The notes under the pieces: generated by a model
Databases searched by the model: none
What the model saw: only the letters and a program-made list of their open reading frames with translations
What the model was told of the DNA's origin: nothing
Program-made: the position numbers and the translations under genes
NCBI GenBank assembly: GCA_965223705.1
Contig: OZ245015.1
Span: 1,536,001-1,600,000, forward strand
Source: Myxococcota bacterium
Lineage (GTDB): Bacteria; Myxococcota_A; UBA9160; UBA6930
Direction of reading: 5' to 3'
Length of the DNA stretch: 64,000 nt
Shown: positions 39,398-49,160 of the stretch, piece after piece
Layout: each line of letters starts with the position of its first letter
Position numbering within the stretch: the first letter of the stretch is position 1

Positions 39398-39663
39398 CGG
39401 GGACCCTCGATCGACGCCACGCGGTGAGCGTTTCGCTCGGTCGGAGATTCGCCGTCGCCCCCGAGAGCGCGTCGCAAGAGGACCGGCCACAAGCCCACGA
39501 GACCCGGTGCGATGAGCATCTTGAACCCGCGGCTGGCTTCCCCGGCCTTGTGATCGATCCTGCGGAGACCGCCCGCAAAGAAGCAGTAGAGCGCGAAGAC
39601 GAGGCCCACGACGAGGTAGATCTGCAGGATCACAACGATCGTGACTGCGACGGTGTGGGACAA
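39394..39663 (-). CDS. Small two-TM membrane protein
   Basis: Hydrophobic segments; first gene of the leftward operon; TTG start uncertain. Confidence 0.55.
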   Translation of the reverse strand: MSHTVAVTIVVILQIYLVVGLVFALYCFFAGGLRRIDHKAGEASRGFKMLIAPGLVGLWPVLLRRALGGDGESPTERNAHRVASIEGPR

Positions 39664-39790
39664 TTCAGTCGGCTCCGCTTGCTCCGGTTTCCCGGTGTCA
39701 CACACTACGCCGGACGGCGGCGTACGGTTACCGTTGAATGCTACATGGCACCGGTCGGGTGTTGAACGTCGATTCAGGGGAAAACAACGC

Positions 39791-40576
39791 GTGATCGTGG
39801 CCACCCTGCGCGCCTTGACCCGAACCGCCTTGCTCTCGTGTTGGACCGCTTTGTGCTGGATCGGTTTTGAGATCCGTCGCCGCACGGCGTCCGGGGCCGT
39901 ATCGTGGCCTGAGAACCGGTGGTTTCAGCGCTGGGCCCACGGAGCGCTTCGCATTCTCGGCGTGTCGCGGGTTTCGAGTGGACACAATGAGACCGGCATC
40001 TTCCTCCTCGTATCCAATCACTTGAGCTACCTCGACATCGTCGTTTACGCGGCGGAGAGCGGCGCACTCTTCGTCTCGAAAGCCGAAGTCGCGGGTTGGC
40101 CCGGCATAGGCTTCCTGACGCGTCGGGTGGGGACGATTTTCGTCGATCGCTCGAGCCCAAAGGACGCGGCGCGCGCTGTCGCGCAGATCGAAGCGGCCCT
40201 ACGCGCAGGACGGCGTGTCGTCGTGTTTCCGGAAGCGACCAGTAGCCCCGGCGAAGAGGTGCTGCCGTTTCGAACGCCGCTCTTCGCGGCCGCCGTACGC
40301 TCGGAGCGGCCGGTCGTTTGCGGTGCCCTCGCTTATGAGACGCCGCCCGAGGCGCCGCCCGCTTCGGAGTCGGTTTGTTGGTGGGGCGATATGACATTTC
40401 CGGGTCATGTGTTCCGTTTGATGGGGCTGGCGCGTATCCGTGCGAAACTTTCCTACGCCACGCTCGTACCTCCCCACAACGACCGCAGGGAGCTCAGCTT
40501 ACGGGCGCACCAACAGGTCGCCTCGCTACACCGCATCGTACGGGGGACATCGGCGCGGGGGAGGGGAACGTCGTGA
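39791..40576 (+). CDS. PlsC/OlsA-family lysolipid acyltransferase
   Basis: NHLSYLD (HxxxxD), FVDR, FPEAT. Confidence 0.9.
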   Translation: MIVATLRALTRTALLSCWTALCWIGFEIRRRTASGAVSWPENRWFQRWAHGALRILGVSRVSSGHNETGIFLLVSNHLSYLDIVVYAAESGALFVSKAEVAGWPGIGFLTRRVGTIFVDRSSPKDAARAVAQIEAALRAGRRVVVFPEATSSPGEEVLPFRTPLFAAAVRSERPVVCGALAYETPPEAPPASESVCWWGDMTFPGHVFRLMGLARIRAKLSYATLVPPHNDRRELSLRAHQQVASLHRIVRGTSARGRGTS

Positions 40577-42186
40577 AGAAAGTCAAGGTCGCGGACTGGG
40601 GTGAGCTCGTTCCCGAGACGCCGGTTCACGCGCTCGTACGCAACGTCGATCTGGTGATCGTCCGTTGGCCGGGCGTTGCGGACGTTTCGGTTCTGTACGG
40701 TCGGTGTCTTCACCGCGGGGCTCTTCTCTCGGACGGTCTCGTACGCGGCGAGGACTTGATCTGCGGCGTTCACGATTGGGACTATCGCTACAAGACGGGC
40801 GTGAGCGCCTACTCGAACAGCGAAGTGCTCCACAAATTTACGCACTGGATCGAAGACGGCGGCCTGTTCGTCGATGAAGACGAGATTGCGCAGTGGGAGC
40901 TCTCGCACCCGCAACCCTACGATCGCGACGCTTACCAAGGCGCGTACGCAGATCCGCACGGGACCCCGGACGAACCGTTCAACGATTGGGTCCACGAGCT
41001 CGCGGAGAACGGAACGAAAAACGTCGGACCTCACGGGCGGATGGATGCCATGGGCGTCCCGCATCAGGACCTCCCGCTGTGGTCGGACATCCAGATCCTC
41101 ACGGGCCAACTCGCACGCGTCCCGCTCCTCGACGACGCACCGGTCGGCACCGACGTCGTGATCGGGCCCGCGGCGAAAAGACCTCTCGAGCTCGCCATCC
41201 CGCTGTTCGTTTCCGACATGAGTTTCGGGGCTCTTTCCTTCGAGGCGAAGGTCGCCCTCGCGAAGGGGGCCGACTTAGCGGAGACCGGCATTTGTTCCGG
41301 CGAAGGCGGCATGCTTCCCGAAGAGCAGGAAGCGAACCGGCGCTATTTCTACGAGCTCGCTTCCGCGCGCTTCGGCTTCGACATGGGCAAGCTCGAACGC
41401 GTACAGGCATTCCACTTCAAGTGCGGACAGGGCGCGAAGACGGGAACTGGCGGCCATCTGCCCGGACATAAGGTCGTGGGTAAGATCGCCGAGGTGCGCG
41501 GCCTCGATGAAGGCCAATCCGCCGTCAGTCCCGCGCGCTTTCCCGACTGGGATTCCATCGCGGATTTCAGAGGCTTCGCCGAAGAAGTGCGCGATGCGAC
41601 GGGCGGCATTCCCATCGGCTTCAAACTATCGGCTCAGCACATCGAGCGCGATATCGACGCCGCCCTCGAGGCCACCGCCGATTACATCATCTTGGACGGC
41701 CGCGGAGGTGGGACCGGGGCCGCGCCGCGCTTGTTCCGAGACAACATCTCCGTACCGACGATCCCGGCGCTTGCGCGCGCGCGTCGGCATCTCGATTCTC
41801 GAGGCTGCCGCGATGTCACCCTCGTGGTGACAGGGGGCCTCCGCGTTCCCTCGGACTTCGTGAAGGCGATGGCTCTCGGTGCCGACGCGATCGCGCTCTC
41901 GAACAGCGCGATCCAGGCGATCGGTTGTCTCGGAATGCGCGCTTGCCACACGAACAACTGCCCCGTCGGGATCGCGACGCAAAAAGAAGATCTGCGGAAG
42001 CGACTGGATATCGCCCTCGCCGCAAAGCGACTCGAGCGCTTCCTGCGCTCAGCAGCGGAGCTCATGTGTGTGATGGCTCGCGCATGTGGCCGGAGCCATG
42101 TCCGAGAGTTCTGCCTCGACGACCTGACCACCTGGAAGCGAGAGATGGCCGACTTGTCGGGCGCGCCCTACGCCGGAGTTCGCTAG
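40573..42186 (+). CDS. Rieske domain + FMN-binding glutamate-synthase-like protein
   Basis: CLHRG...CGVH; MSFGALS, GEGG, GQGAK, C.GMRACHTNNCP.GIATQ. Confidence 0.9.
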   Translation: MKKVKVADWGELVPETPVHALVRNVDLVIVRWPGVADVSVLYGRCLHRGALLSDGLVRGEDLICGVHDWDYRYKTGVSAYSNSEVLHKFTHWIEDGGLFVDEDEIAQWELSHPQPYDRDAYQGAYADPHGTPDEPFNDWVHELAENGTKNVGPHGRMDAMGVPHQDLPLWSDIQILTGQLARVPLLDDAPVGTDVVIGPAAKRPLELAIPLFVSDMSFGALSFEAKVALAKGADLAETGICSGEGGMLPEEQEANRRYFYELASARFGFDMGKLERVQAFHFKCGQGAKTGTGGHLPGHKVVGKIAEVRGLDEGQSAVSPARFPDWDSIADFRGFAEEVRDATGGIPIGFKLSAQHIERDIDAALEATADYIILDGRGGGTGAAPRLFRDNISVPTIPALARARRHLDSRGCRDVTLVVTGGLRVPSDFVKAMALGADAIALSNSAIQAIGCLGMRACHTNNCPVGIATQKEDLRKRLDIALAAKRLERFLRSAAELMCVMARACGRSHVREFCLDDLTTWKREMADLSGAPYAGVR

Positions 42187-42188
42187 CC

Positions 42189-43028
42189 ATGGGTGCGTGG
42201 CAGACGGTCGGCGGAGTCTCCGGCGCGGCTTTGCGCGAAGCGCGGCTCGAGCTTCACTACGCCGCGCAGCTCGTAGCGGCCCTCGGCGCGACGTTCTTGC
42301 CGCCGGAACCCGATGACAGCCATCCCAACCTCCGTTGGGATACCGAGCATCGCGCGCTGCTGGGACGGCGCTTTCACAATCTCTGCGGAGCCCTCGTTCC
42401 CGAAAAATTTCGTCTGGAGTTGCGGAACCCGAACGACACGGTGCCAGTCCATCTGTCCCTCACCGGTTTCACTCTGGATGAAGCACTCGCGTGGCTGCGT
42501 TCGGAGATCGTGCGGAGCGGCGCGCCGGTCTCGGTCGAGCCTTTGGCACTCCCGGGCTACGACTTGCCGGATCACCCACTGGCGGCGGGCGCCGGGTTCG
42601 TTGCGGCGGACGAAGCCGTGGGCGAAGAAATGGCGCGCTGGTTCGGCAACGCGGAGGCGCTGCTACTCGACTTGCAGCCCACCGTCGGCGACACGACACC
42701 CATCCGCTGTTGGCCTCACCATTTCGATCTCGCGTTCCTGCGCGTGCTCGAGACCGACACCCAGGGCGAGTTGGCCAAGACCGTCGGGTGCGGGTTGTCG
42801 CCCGGCGACGAGACGTATCCCGATCCGTACTTCTACGTCTCGCCGTGGCCGTATCCGTCCGCCGATGCTCTGCCGAAGCTCGATTCCGGTCGTTGGCACA
42901 CCGAGGGATTCGTCGCCGCGATCCTGCCTGCCGAGGAAATCGTCGCAGCGGGCGAACGCGGGCAAGAAGCTCTCGTGCACCACTTCTTGCGCAACGCGTA
43001 CGCCGCGGCCGAGCGAGCCCTGCGGTAA
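42189..43028 (+). CDS. DUF5996-like protein
   Basis: WPHHFDLA, G.SPGD..Y..PYFY..PWP. Confidence 0.65.
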   Translation: MGAWQTVGGVSGAALREARLELHYAAQLVAALGATFLPPEPDDSHPNLRWDTEHRALLGRRFHNLCGALVPEKFRLELRNPNDTVPVHLSLTGFTLDEALAWLRSEIVRSGAPVSVEPLALPGYDLPDHPLAAGAGFVAADEAVGEEMARWFGNAEALLLDLQPTVGDTTPIRCWPHHFDLAFLRVLETDTQGELAKTVGCGLSPGDETYPDPYFYVSPWPYPSADALPKLDSGRWHTEGFVAAILPAEEIVAAGERGQEALVHHFLRNAYAAAERALR

Positions 43029-43048
43029 GCGGGCCGAGGAGAAACTTC

Positions 43049-45025
43049 ATGAGCGAAGCTGCAAACGGCCCCCGGCGGGTCTGGTACAAGGCGCTCGAGC
43101 TCGACGAGTTGCCCGAAGGGCGGGTGAAGACCGCGGTCTGCGGGCTTCAGTCGGTTTGCATGACACATTTCCGGGGGCGCTACGCGGCGCTCGAAAACAA
43201 GTGTCCCCACCAGGGCGGTCCCTTGGGAGAGGGCTCGATCGAGAACGGGTTGCTCCGCTGTCCATGGCACGGGTGGGATTTCGATCCACACACCGGCGCC
43301 TCTCCGGGCGGTTACGACGACGGCATCACGCAGTTTCCCGTGGAGACGCGCGACGACGGCATCTACGTCGAAATCGAAGAGGACGTCCCGCACACGCGCA
43401 CTGTGACGGACGTCATGGCGGAGACACTGGTCGCCTGGAACGTCACCTCCGTGTTCGGAATGGTCGGCCACTCGAACCTCGGGCTGGCCGATGCCTTGCG
43501 ACGACGCGCCGCTTGCGGCGAGCTTCGCTACTACGGCATTCGACACGAAGGAGCCGCCGCGTTCGCCTGCTCCGCTTACGGCAAGCTGACGGGACGACCG
43601 GCGGCGTGCCTCGGCATCGCCGGCCCGGGAGCGACGAACCTGCTCACCGGGTTGTGGGACGCGAACGTCGACCGCTCGCCGACGATCGCGCTCACCGGTC
43701 AGGTCGACACCCAGGTTCTCGGCCCGGGTGCGTTCCAGGAAGTGGATCTTCAAGCGGCGTTCGGAAAAGTCGCGCAGTGGCAACAACCCGTCCTTCACAC
43801 GAGCAAGCACGCCGAGCTCGTGAACCTGGCCTGCAAGAGCGCGATCTTGAACCGCGGGGTGTCGCACCTGATTTTCCCCGATGAGGTGCAGACATTGCCC
43901 GCCGCCGAAGGTGAGGAAGCCGGCGCGCCCACCGGCCGTTTGACGGTGCGAGCCATAAGGCCCCCCGAAGAATCACTCGACGACGCCGCGGCGCTGCTCG
44001 AGAAGGCCCGACGCCCGGTGATCATCGTCGGCCACGGCGCGCGTTTCGATATGAAGGCCGTCACCGCGCTCGCCGAGGTCTTGCGATGTCCGGTCGTCAC
44101 CACGTTCAAGGGCAAGAGTTTGATCGCCGACGATCACCCCTTGGCTTGCGGCGTACTCGGCCGCAGCGGGACGCCCATCGCGAGCCACTTCATGAACGAG
44201 TCGGACGCGCTCCTTGTCCTCGGAGCGAGCTTCAGCAACCACACCGGCATCACGCCGAAGAAGCCCACCATCCAGGTCGACTTCGACGCGATGGCCCTCG
44301 GAAAGTTTCACCCGATCGACGTCCCCGTATGGGGTGAGATCGCGGTGACCGTCGCCGGCCTGCGAGACCGCTTGGCCGGCACCGAGACCGAAGACCAGAC
44401 CGCGGAGATCGCCCGGCGTTGGGCGATTTGGCGAGAAGAAAAAGCGAGTCGGCAGAACGACGACCGCGGCCGCGGCGTGAATTCCGCCTCGATCTTCCAG
44501 GCCTTGTCCGCCGCCGTTCCCGACGATGCCATCATCGCCGTCGACGTGGGCAACAACACCTATTCCTTCGGTCGCTACTTCGAATGCAAGCGCCAGGCGG
44601 TCCTCATGTCCGGCTACCTGGGCTCCATCGGTTTCGCCTTGCCCGCTGCGCTGGGCGCTTGGGCGGCGACCCAAGAATCGGATCCGCGTTTCCGCGGGCG
44701 CAAGGTCGTGTCCGTCTCCGGCGACGGTGGGTTCGCCCAATACATGGGCGAGCTGCTCACCGCCGTGAAGTACAACATGAACATCACCCACGTACTCGTC
44801 CGGAACGACGAGTTGGGGAAGATCTCGAAGGAGCAGCGCGCCGGGCACTGGGACGTCTGGGAAACCGACCTCCACAACCCGAACTTCGCCGACTACGCGA
44901 CCCTGTGCGGCGCTACCGGCATCCGCGTCACGCAGGCGAGCGACCTCGAGGATGCGCTCGCGACCGCCATGGCCGCGGACGGGCCGGCCCTCGTCGAAAT
45001 CATCGCCGACGCCGAGCTCGTCTAG
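43049..45025 (+). CDS. Rieske domain + ThDP-dependent pyruvate-oxidase-like enzyme
   Basis: CPHQG...CPWHG; RHE..AAF, GPGATN, GDGG...N. Confidence 0.9.
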   Translation: MSEAANGPRRVWYKALELDELPEGRVKTAVCGLQSVCMTHFRGRYAALENKCPHQGGPLGEGSIENGLLRCPWHGWDFDPHTGASPGGYDDGITQFPVETRDDGIYVEIEEDVPHTRTVTDVMAETLVAWNVTSVFGMVGHSNLGLADALRRRAACGELRYYGIRHEGAAAFACSAYGKLTGRPAACLGIAGPGATNLLTGLWDANVDRSPTIALTGQVDTQVLGPGAFQEVDLQAAFGKVAQWQQPVLHTSKHAELVNLACKSAILNRGVSHLIFPDEVQTLPAAEGEEAGAPTGRLTVRAIRPPEESLDDAAALLEKARRPVIIVGHGARFDMKAVTALAEVLRCPVVTTFKGKSLIADDHPLACGVLGRSGTPIASHFMNESDALLVLGASFSNHTGITPKKPTIQVDFDAMALGKFHPIDVPVWGEIAVTVAGLRDRLAGTETEDQTAEIARRWAIWREEKASRQNDDRGRGVNSASIFQALSAAVPDDAIIAVDVGNNTYSFGRYFECKRQAVLMSGYLGSIGFALPAALGAWAATQESDPRFRGRKVVSVSGDGGFAQYMGELLTAVKYNMNITHVLVRNDELGKISKEQRAGHWDVWETDLHNPNFADYATLCGATGIRVTQASDLEDALATAMAADGPALVEIIADAELV

Positions 45026-45061
45026 AAGCCCGCCCCAAGGATCCGATACTGTCTATCCCGC

Positions 45062-45145
45062 GCCGGGGTGGCGGAATTGGTAGACGCAGTGGCCTTAGGA
45101 GCCACCGGCTTAACGGCCGTGCAGGTTCGAGTCCTGTCCCCGGTA
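45062..45145 (+). tRNA. tRNA-Leu(TAG), CCA not encoded
   Basis: Cloverleaf with long variable arm; GTGGC-CT-TAG-GA-GCCAC. Confidence 0.95.
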
Positions 45146-45348
45146 CGTCGAGTGCTGCCAATGCAGCCAGTTCCATCGCCATGAAAGAATCCGCGCTTCA
45201 CCCGATGGGAGGAGAAAGCGGCTATGGACGTTGCTCTTGCTTCCCAGGGCCTGCGGGGCGGCTGGGACGTACATGCCGAATCCGCGGAGTTGGTGCCAAA
45301 CCGTGTCTGGGGCAAAGTGCGATGAACTTGTCGATCGCGGAGGTCGGG

Positions 45349-45966
45349 TCAGCGATTTCCGGCAAGAGAGGACATTCGCAGGCCTACGGTTCCGGTCCAA
45401 AGGAAGAGCGCGACTAGCAGAAGGCGTTGCCAGAGCCCCGTCAGAATGCGCGACTCTAGCGTTCCGACCAGTGCTAGGAGAAAGCCGAGTGCGAGGAAGC
45501 CTGTGATGAACGAATACACCGAGAGAGAACGCCATTCTGGCATTCGTCGAAACGCACTTCCGAAGAGCCAGGTAGCGAGAATCAGGGAAATGAAGGCAAT
45601 GGGCGCGATCCTGTCGTGAATGAAGTTCTCTGTTGAGCCACCGACCTGAGGGCAGCCTGGATCGCACGAGATCAGACCGGATGCTGCTACGCCGATGCCG
45701 AACACGATCGCAAGTAACGAGCCGATGATGGGTATTCGTTCATTGGGCATGGTGCGTAGCAGCGAGCCGCCGAAGGCAGTCAGTAGAAGACCGCTGAGGA
45801 CAAAGCCACCGTAATTCATCAAATCCGCGAATTCCGTTCCAGTTGCCCCAAGCTCGCTGACGAACTGGTGTAGGTGGCTGTAGTCGGGTCGGATCCAGCC
45901 GCATATTGCAATTACGACTGCGAAGATCGCAGGACCTACTACGCCCCCCAGGGCCATCACTCGCAT
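45349..45966 (-). CDS. DUF998-like membrane protein
   Basis: YSH..Q.VSELGA, CDPGC, H, G..QR. Confidence 0.75.
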   Translation of the reverse strand: MRVMALGGVVGPAIFAVVIAICGWIRPDYSHLHQFVSELGATGTEFADLMNYGGFVLSGLLLTAFGGSLLRTMPNERIPIIGSLLAIVFGIGVAASGLISCDPGCPQVGGSTENFIHDRIAPIAFISLILATWLFGSAFRRMPEWRSLSVYSFITGFLALGFLLALVGTLESRILTGLWQRLLLVALFLWTGTVGLRMSSLAGNR

Positions 45967-46335
45967 TTCGCCGCCTCCCAGTGGCGGGCTACTAGAACCG
46001 TCGGACCGTCTATCTCGACTGGTGGTCGCCCGTCACTTCGGCCCAGTTGTGCGGAGAACCGAATGAACTCGTTCGGATTCAGATATGACAAGTCGTCGTC
46101 GCCCTTCGCACAGATCTCTGGGTTCGGGTTCCAGTCGTCCCTACCGGCTCTTCCTCCGAGGTCTGCTTTCGACACCCGAAGGTCGCGATTGGTGGTGGCA
46201 GTTGAAAGATTACTTTAGTCCCCCGTTTCCAAGAAGAGATGCAGCAGATGGCGGCTGAGGGAAACGAGGAGCTCGCGGCTGCGACCCGCGGATTCTTCAC
46301 GTGTGGCGTCCAGGCGCGCCCGAAAGCGCGGCGCG

Positions 46336-47265
46336 CTACTCAGCATGCGGAACGAAGACTTCGCCGCGCTTGATCTTCTCGAAGAGCTCGACTTGCCCCT
46401 GTATCCAGGCTTCATGAGCTCGTTTCTCCTCGTCGGATTCGGCGGCTTCAGCTTCTGCGATCGCACGACTCCGTTCGGCCATCCGAAGCTTCTCGCGCGC
46501 CTTCACCTTTCGCCCCTCGACGAACTCACGGACGTCCGCAGGAGGCGGACGGCGCTCGGCGAGGCCATGTACGCCCAGGATGTCGAGCGTCTCGTACGCT
46601 CTCATGCGCGTATTCATCCAGAGCGACGGGTCCGCCTCTTTGTCTTCGATCCACCGCACAACAGATGGATCGATGGTATCGACCATCTCGGCATATCGTC
46701 CGATGGTCGCCATCATGGAAGGCCAACGTTCCTCGTCGCCATCCCAACCAAGAAGCGCTTTCCCTGCAAGCCTTACCGCTTCGGGTCTCTGACTGTAGAG
46801 GAGCGTTATTTGAACATGAGCGCGGTCGAGGGGATCTCGCGAGCCCACCATTGAATCAACTCGGGCCACCGCGCTCGCCCCTCCGGTACCGAAAGCGAGC
46901 CGTAAAAAGGTCACGGAATTTTGGTAGCCGCCGGCTTGCGCTTTGTCGTACTGCTCGATCAGATATTGGGAGAAGGGCTCGCCCGCCTGTTCGAGACGGT
47001 CAATATTCTTCCAGCAAACGCCTTCGCCTCTGCAGCGGTCGGTGACAATCAGCTGGTAGAGGGATGCCATTCGCTGGTCTCCGTCCGGCTGCCAGTAAAG
47101 CCTTCTCTTCATCTCCTTCTCTGATGAGTAGGATGAGCGTGTGGCGGGTTCGGCGGACGCCACTGAGGAAAGCGCCAGAACGAAAGCGACCAGCGTGTGA
47201 GTTGTTCCTTGTGTCAGTTTGTTTGTCCGCCTGTCTGCTTGACGGAGGTCAGGATCCATTCCCAC
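46336..47265 (-). CDS. Hypothetical protein, probably exported; start uncertain
   Basis: Long ORF with an internal signal-like segment (LVAFVLALSSVASA). Confidence 0.45.
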   Translation of the reverse strand: MGMDPDLRQADRRTNKLTQGTTHTLVAFVLALSSVASAEPATRSSYSSEKEMKRRLYWQPDGDQRMASLYQLIVTDRCRGEGVCWKNIDRLEQAGEPFSQYLIEQYDKAQAGGYQNSVTFLRLAFGTGGASAVARVDSMVGSRDPLDRAHVQITLLYSQRPEAVRLAGKALLGWDGDEERWPSMMATIGRYAEMVDTIDPSVVRWIEDKEADPSLWMNTRMRAYETLDILGVHGLAERRPPPADVREFVEGRKVKAREKLRMAERSRAIAEAEAAESDEEKRAHEAWIQGQVELFEKIKRGEVFVPHAE

Positions 47266-48595
47266 GGTTCGCCTCCCGCTCGAGTCCCGCGGTCATGAGC
47301 TCGATCCAACGTTCGTGTTGGGCGATGAAGATGCCCTCATCTTCGAGTTCGCTGCCGTGTGCCACGGGCTTTAGACCCAGCTCGTCAGCATACGCGTCGC
47401 CCCCGAGAGACCCGTGTTGAGCGCCTCGCGATAGATCACTCCAACGTGCGTTACGGCCGCCGAAGCCCACTTGGCTGGCGTTGAAAGCGGCCAGGTCGTC
47501 CGGGGTCGCCAGGCCACTCGCATTGAAGAAGTCCTCGTATTGACGGATGCGGTTTCGCCGCGCTTCCTCGGGCTCACCTTTCGGCGCAATGCAAACCGTT
47601 GTCACCTCGGTGCGATCGACCGCGAGCGGCCGAAAGGAGCGGATTTGCGAGCTGATCTGATCCATCAAGAAGACGTTCGGGTAGAGCAACAGGTTGCGCA
47701 GCCGGTTGATCATCCAATCGGTTCGGGGCTTCCCGAAACGCGCAAGCAAGGTGTCTCGCTGCATGTGGATGGGTCGCACCTCGGGGTTCGCCCAATCGTT
47801 CCAGACGACGGTGTGACCGTTTCCGAGGTCGAAGTAGCCCCCGGCGAGCTTCTCGAGGGACGCGACGTCGACCGTCTCGACGGCACGGGTCTGCGCCGTC
47901 CGATGATTTACCGTCTCGACGTAGTTTCGGTGGATGGTTCCGACGTGGTAACCGTCTACGCCGTTCTCCGCCTGGAGTTTCCAGTTGCCATCGAACGTGT
48001 AGGTCTGCACGCCGGGGAGAACTTCGAGCCCCTCCGGAGACTGGTCGCAGACGAGGTCGATCATGACGCGCGCCTCACCGAGATGTTCGGCCAAGGGTGG
48101 GACGTCCGGGTTCAGGCTCGCGAAGACGAAGCCGCGATAGCTCTCGACCTTGGGCACGGGTATGAGCCCGAACTTCGCATGATCGAATTGATCGGGATAA
48201 CCCCCGCTTTTCTCTCGACGCACCCGAACGAGTGCGCCTTTCGAACTGAAACACCAGCCGTGGAACGGGCACACGAAGAAAGGCTCATTGCCGCGCTGGG
48301 TCTGTACGAGGGTTGAGCCGCGATGGGCGCAGGCATTGATCCAGGCGTGGATCTCGCCGTTTTCGGAGCGGTTCAGGATGACGGGCTGGCGGCCGAGTTG
48401 GCCGGTGACGTAGTCGTGAGGATTCGGAAACTGGCTTTCGTGGGCCAGGTAGGCCCAGTTCCCCTCGAAGATGAACCGAAGCTCGAGCTCGAAGAGCTCC
48501 GGATCGACGAAGACCCGTCGGTCCAGTCGGTGCACCCCTTCTTCCGGGCGGTGATCCAGGACCGTTTCCAAAGACTCGCGGGTGATACTGGTCAT
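47249..48595 (-). CDS. Ring-hydroxylating dioxygenase alpha subunit (BenA/AntA-like)
   Basis: CAHRG...CPFHGW; NWKLQAENGVDGYH..TIH; YEDFFNASG.ATPDD. Confidence 0.92.
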   Translation of the reverse strand: MTSITRESLETVLDHRPEEGVHRLDRRVFVDPELFELELRFIFEGNWAYLAHESQFPNPHDYVTGQLGRQPVILNRSENGEIHAWINACAHRGSTLVQTQRGNEPFFVCPFHGWCFSSKGALVRVRREKSGGYPDQFDHAKFGLIPVPKVESYRGFVFASLNPDVPPLAEHLGEARVMIDLVCDQSPEGLEVLPGVQTYTFDGNWKLQAENGVDGYHVGTIHRNYVETVNHRTAQTRAVETVDVASLEKLAGGYFDLGNGHTVVWNDWANPEVRPIHMQRDTLLARFGKPRTDWMINRLRNLLLYPNVFLMDQISSQIRSFRPLAVDRTEVTTVCIAPKGEPEEARRNRIRQYEDFFNASGLATPDDLAAFNASQVGFGGRNARWSDLSRGAQHGSLGGDAYADELGLKPVAHGSELEDEGIFIAQHERWIELMTAGLEREANRGNGS

Positions 48596-48710
48596 GTTCT
48601 TGCCCACAACCCCTTGTGAAATGATGACACACCACGGCGACGAGGCCGAAATTCTTCGAAGCGCGCCGGAAAGTGCGAAACACGCGGCTCGAGTCGTGCG
48701 TATCACGAAC

Positions 48711-49151
48711 ATGTCGCTGCGTTGGATCGATCGGTTTTTCGCGATGTACCTCGGAGCGGCGGCGCTGACGGCGCTCGTAGGATCGGCCGTGTCCCAGCCG
48801 CCGCCGGTCCTGGCACGACCCGCCATCGAGGGCCGGCCGGAGCTCGTGGCGTTGCATTCTCCGTCGCGCGAACCGCTCGCCGGCCTGGCGCTCTCGATTG
48901 CGGCTGGCGCTCTCTTTACGCGGGGTCGTTTCCGGCACAGCGTGGCCGGGGCGAGCTGCGTCGCCTCATTGTTTATGCAACCTGCGGTTTTCTTCGTGCC
49001 GGCGGTTCTGGCTACCGGATGGTGGCTTCCGAACCTGCTACCGCCGGGTGACCGAGGCGGCCTTCGGGCCATGGCGGTCATGAGCGCACTCGTCTGCTCG
49101 ATTGTGGGCTTTGCAATCGCTCAGTTCGTCGTGCTGCGCGAGCGATCGTGA
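48711..49151 (+). CDS. Hypothetical membrane protein
   Basis: About four hydrophobic segments. Confidence 0.45.
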   Translation: MSLRWIDRFFAMYLGAAALTALVGSAVSQPPPVLARPAIEGRPELVALHSPSREPLAGLALSIAAGALFTRGRFRHSVAGASCVASLFMQPAVFFVPAVLATGWWLPNLLPPGDRGGLRAMAVMSALVCSIVGFAIAQFVVLRERS

Positions 49152-49160
49152 AGCGGAGAG

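Noticed and set aside
33603..45145. Prophage or integrative element between tRNA-Lys and tRNA-Leu
   Set aside because: No integrase, phage genes or duplicated tRNA ends seen; composition looks host-like
45957..46300. Short minus-strand ORFs of 72-73 aa
   Set aside because: No recognisable motif or convincing SD; cannot be supported
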